DNA of 64,000 nt from a virus. How positions within the stretch are numbered: position 1 is the stretch's first letter; the number at the start of each line of letters is the position of its first letter. The notes under the pieces were generated by a model that did not search any database, was not told where the DNA came from, and saw only the letters and a program-made list of their open reading frames with translations. The stretch covers positions 1 to 64,000 of the IMG/VR virus record IMGVR_UViG_3300019458_000033. The stretch is one strand, 5' to 3'. Below, one piece after another: positions 62,262 through 64,000 of this stretch. The translations under genes were made by a program, and so were the position numbers.

Positions 62262-63239
62262 TTACTGGGTCAGGTCGTAGCGGCGGGTCCGGGTCGTCGC
62301 GGCGGCGTCCAGGGCTGCCTTGATCTCGGCCATATTGCGGGCGGTGGCGTCTCGCAGGGCCTCGTTCGAGCGCAGGTCCTTAGGGCTGACGCCCTGGAGC
62401 ATCTCGCGGGCCTGGTCAACGAGTCCGGCCAGTTCTGAATCATTGGTCACGTTGCGCAGGGGGAAGGTCTCGAGGTACTCGGCCATGTTGGCAACGAGTG
62501 AATCGCGAAAGACCTTGGGCTTGCCGTCGTCGCCCGGAGTGAGCCGCTCGGCCATATGCTCGACGAGTTCGGCGAAGCCGGCGCGGAGCAAGTCCCGGAT
62601 CTCGTCGGAGGCCTGGCGCCATGCGGCGGCCGTCTTCGCCTTTTCGCGCTCCCAAACGTCGCGGCTGATGCCCTGTAGGGCGTCGGGGGCTCCCAGGGTC
62701 ACGTAGCGCCACTCGATGCGAAACAGCCGCTGTACGGCGCTTTGATCGACGTAGACGGCGCCGTCAGGGGAGATCTGGGCTTGCGGGTAGTCGGCGGGGT
62801 TGAACTGGCTCCTAAGCCGCGCGCGGGCCGCTGCCACTAGTCCCGGATAGGCGCTCGCAAACAGCGCAGCGAGGTCGGAAAGCTGTACTTGGTGGGACTG
62901 CAAGCGCTGGTCGACGTCTTCGACCATGGCCACGGGTAGCACGTAGACGCCAGCCCTAAACAGCGAGGGAACCTGCAGCGCCTTCTTGTAGATCCACTGG
63001 CGTAGCTGGCCGTTCAGGGTCTCGATAGCCTTGAGCTCTTCGGAGTCGAAAAGCTCTTTCGACAAGCTGAGCATATCGCGGTCGGCGTCGGTCTCGATCT
63101 GGTCAAGCCGGCCCTTGCGGCGCTTACCGGGGCTGGTGATGGTGAGCGAGAGCAAGACAGTTGCCTTATCAAGGCGGGGCTCGGCGGTGGTCGCACCGTT
63201 TGGCGCGGTCGCCGCCCATAGCGGCTGATTCTGAGTCAT
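62262..63239 (-). CDS. hypothetical early protein (325 aa)
   Basis: ORF in track, followed by a clear terminator. Confidence 0.65.
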   Translation of the reverse strand: MTQNQPLWAATAPNGATTAEPRLDKATVLLSLTITSPGKRRKGRLDQIETDADRDMLSLSKELFDSEELKAIETLNGQLRQWIYKKALQVPSLFRAGVYVLPVAMVEDVDQRLQSHQVQLSDLAALFASAYPGLVAAARARLRSQFNPADYPQAQISPDGAVYVDQSAVQRLFRIEWRYVTLGAPDALQGISRDVWEREKAKTAAAWRQASDEIRDLLRAGFAELVEHMAERLTPGDDGKPKVFRDSLVANMAEYLETFPLRNVTNDSELAGLVDQAREMLQGVSPKDLRSNEALRDATARNMAEIKAALDAAATTRTRRYDLTQ

Positions 63240-63322
63240 TTGGCGGTTTATCTCCTGTTTCTGGGGCGCGTAGGGCGCTCCGGGGCGGGCCCTGGGGTCA
63301 AGGCCCGCTGGCGGAGAGTCCT

Positions 63323-63514
63323 TTAGGCGTGTGGCTCGATGTTGAGTCCTCCGTCTTCGCAGAGGGCCTCCTCAGCGATGCGAATATGGGCCAACACGGT
63401 CTCGGTAGCCCTGTGTGCTTGGCTGCTGTACCCGATATCCCTGATTCGCTCAAGGGCAATCCGAAGTAGATCCACGCGCTTGGTGAGCATCAGTAGTCGG
63501 TGTGCCTTCTTCAT
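63323..63514 (-). CDS. hypothetical protein
   Basis: ORF in track; ATGA-type overlap with the upstream gene. Confidence 0.45.
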   Translation of the reverse strand: MKKAHRLLMLTKRVDLLRIALERIRDIGYSSQAHRATETVLAHIRIAEEALCEDGGLNIEPHA

Positions 63515-63714
63515 TGCCCAGCCTTCGCTTTCTCGCCTTCGTGGGCGTGTTCGTGGTGGTGGGCGTGGCCCTGTTTGCGTTTGCGCTCGGATTTGCCAAG
63601 GGTCGCCACGGCGCGGAAGAGCCCCTCGGCTGATGCGTGGTTAGGCCCGCTGATCTTGTCAGCGCTGGCACGGATGCTGCCGTCTGGCAGGATATCGATA
63701 ATGATCTCGTCCAT
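63511..63714 (-). CDS. small protein with His-rich C-terminus
   Basis: C-terminus KQGHAHHHEHAHEGEKAKAGQ. Confidence 0.5.
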   Translation of the reverse strand: MDEIIIDILPDGSIRASADKISGPNHASAEGLFRAVATLGKSERKRKQGHAHHHEHAHEGEKAKAGQ

Positions 63715-63748
63715 AGGTGTGCTCCTGTGTGGTTAGTCCTGATTTGGT

Positions 63749-63763
63749 CTGCGGAATCCGCAA
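63749..63763. repeat. palindrome family copy, 1 mismatch (CTGCGGAATCCGCAA)
   Basis: Intergenic, 34 nt upstream of the start at 63714. Confidence 0.75.
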
Positions 63764-63785
63764 GCCGCGATTGTTCAATGGGCGT

Positions 63786-63908
63786 TCACCTGCCACCAAA
63801 AATACCATGCAAGATCATGCCCACGCCAATTGCCACAAGGCCTGTCCTTAAGGCCTCCATCCCGGTCTTGAAACCGTCCGCTAAAATCTGTGCAACCTCT
63901 GGTGTCAT
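63786..63908 (-). CDS. small membrane protein (40 aa)
   Basis: GGTGGAGG SD. Translation MTPEVAQILADGFKTGMEALRTGLVAIGVGMILHGIFGGR. Confidence 0.45.
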   Translation of the reverse strand: MTPEVAQILADGFKTGMEALRTGLVAIGVGMILHGIFGGR

Positions 63909-64000
63909 TCCTCCACCGCCTTTCTGATTGCCGCGCCTATGTCCGGCGCAGTCTATCGCTTTCTGACTTTGTACTGCCCCTCGGCCGTCTTGGTGCACGC

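Noticed and set aside
1-64000. Prophage ends, an integrase or att sites.
   Set aside because: No tyrosine or serine recombinase motifs and no flanking tRNA were seen. Only an Xis-like HTH protein (5164-5757) is present. The element evidently extends beyond the window, so integration status cannot be judged.

Overview
This window is a gene-dense, high-GC dsDNA phage or prophage segment with two opposed transcription blocks. No rRNA, convincing tRNA, CRISPR array, integrase or reverse transcriptase was found.

Layout:
- 1-3240: an intein-interrupted cell-wall peptidase on the + strand, converging on a secreted collagen-like protein and a HAD phosphatase on the - strand.
- 3240-3300: a divergent promoter-like switch region.
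- 3.3-9.2 kb (+): regulators (two XRE-type, one Xis-type), a minimal ligase and a PAPS-reductase-like PP-loop enzyme.
- 9.9-48.7 kb (+): large terminase, portal, scaffold, major capsid, fibre-like and large structural proteins, a 2133-aa multi-domain internal protein, and membrane proteins. No tape measure, tube or sheath gene was recognised, so the layout looks podovirus-like; this is inference.
- 48.8-64 kb (-): early block with VRR-NUC and HNH nucleases, a replication-initiator-like protein, an SMC/SbcC-like ATPase, a pentapeptide-repeat protein, a RecT-like annealase and a YycJ-type MBL hydrolase.

Most striking signal: a 15-19 bp palindrome, TTGCGGAWTCCGCAA. I count 12 perfect, 6 one-mismatch and 2 degenerate copies across both blocks.
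- Most copies sit at cistron junctions, 1-4 nt after a stop codon and/or 0-30 nt before a start codon.
- Intragenic copies use only two of the three reading phases.

Other notable items:
- A LAGLIDADG intein at the catalytic Cys of the peptidase.
- Three Tat-signal-like paralogues around the terminase and portal genes, two of which share a 35-bp perfect repeat.
- Sec-like signal peptides on many fibre-module proteins.
- A conserved C-terminal tail shared by two early proteins.
- A 38-bp duplication at the RecT 5' end.

All functional calls come from motifs read by eye in the translations. No database search was run.
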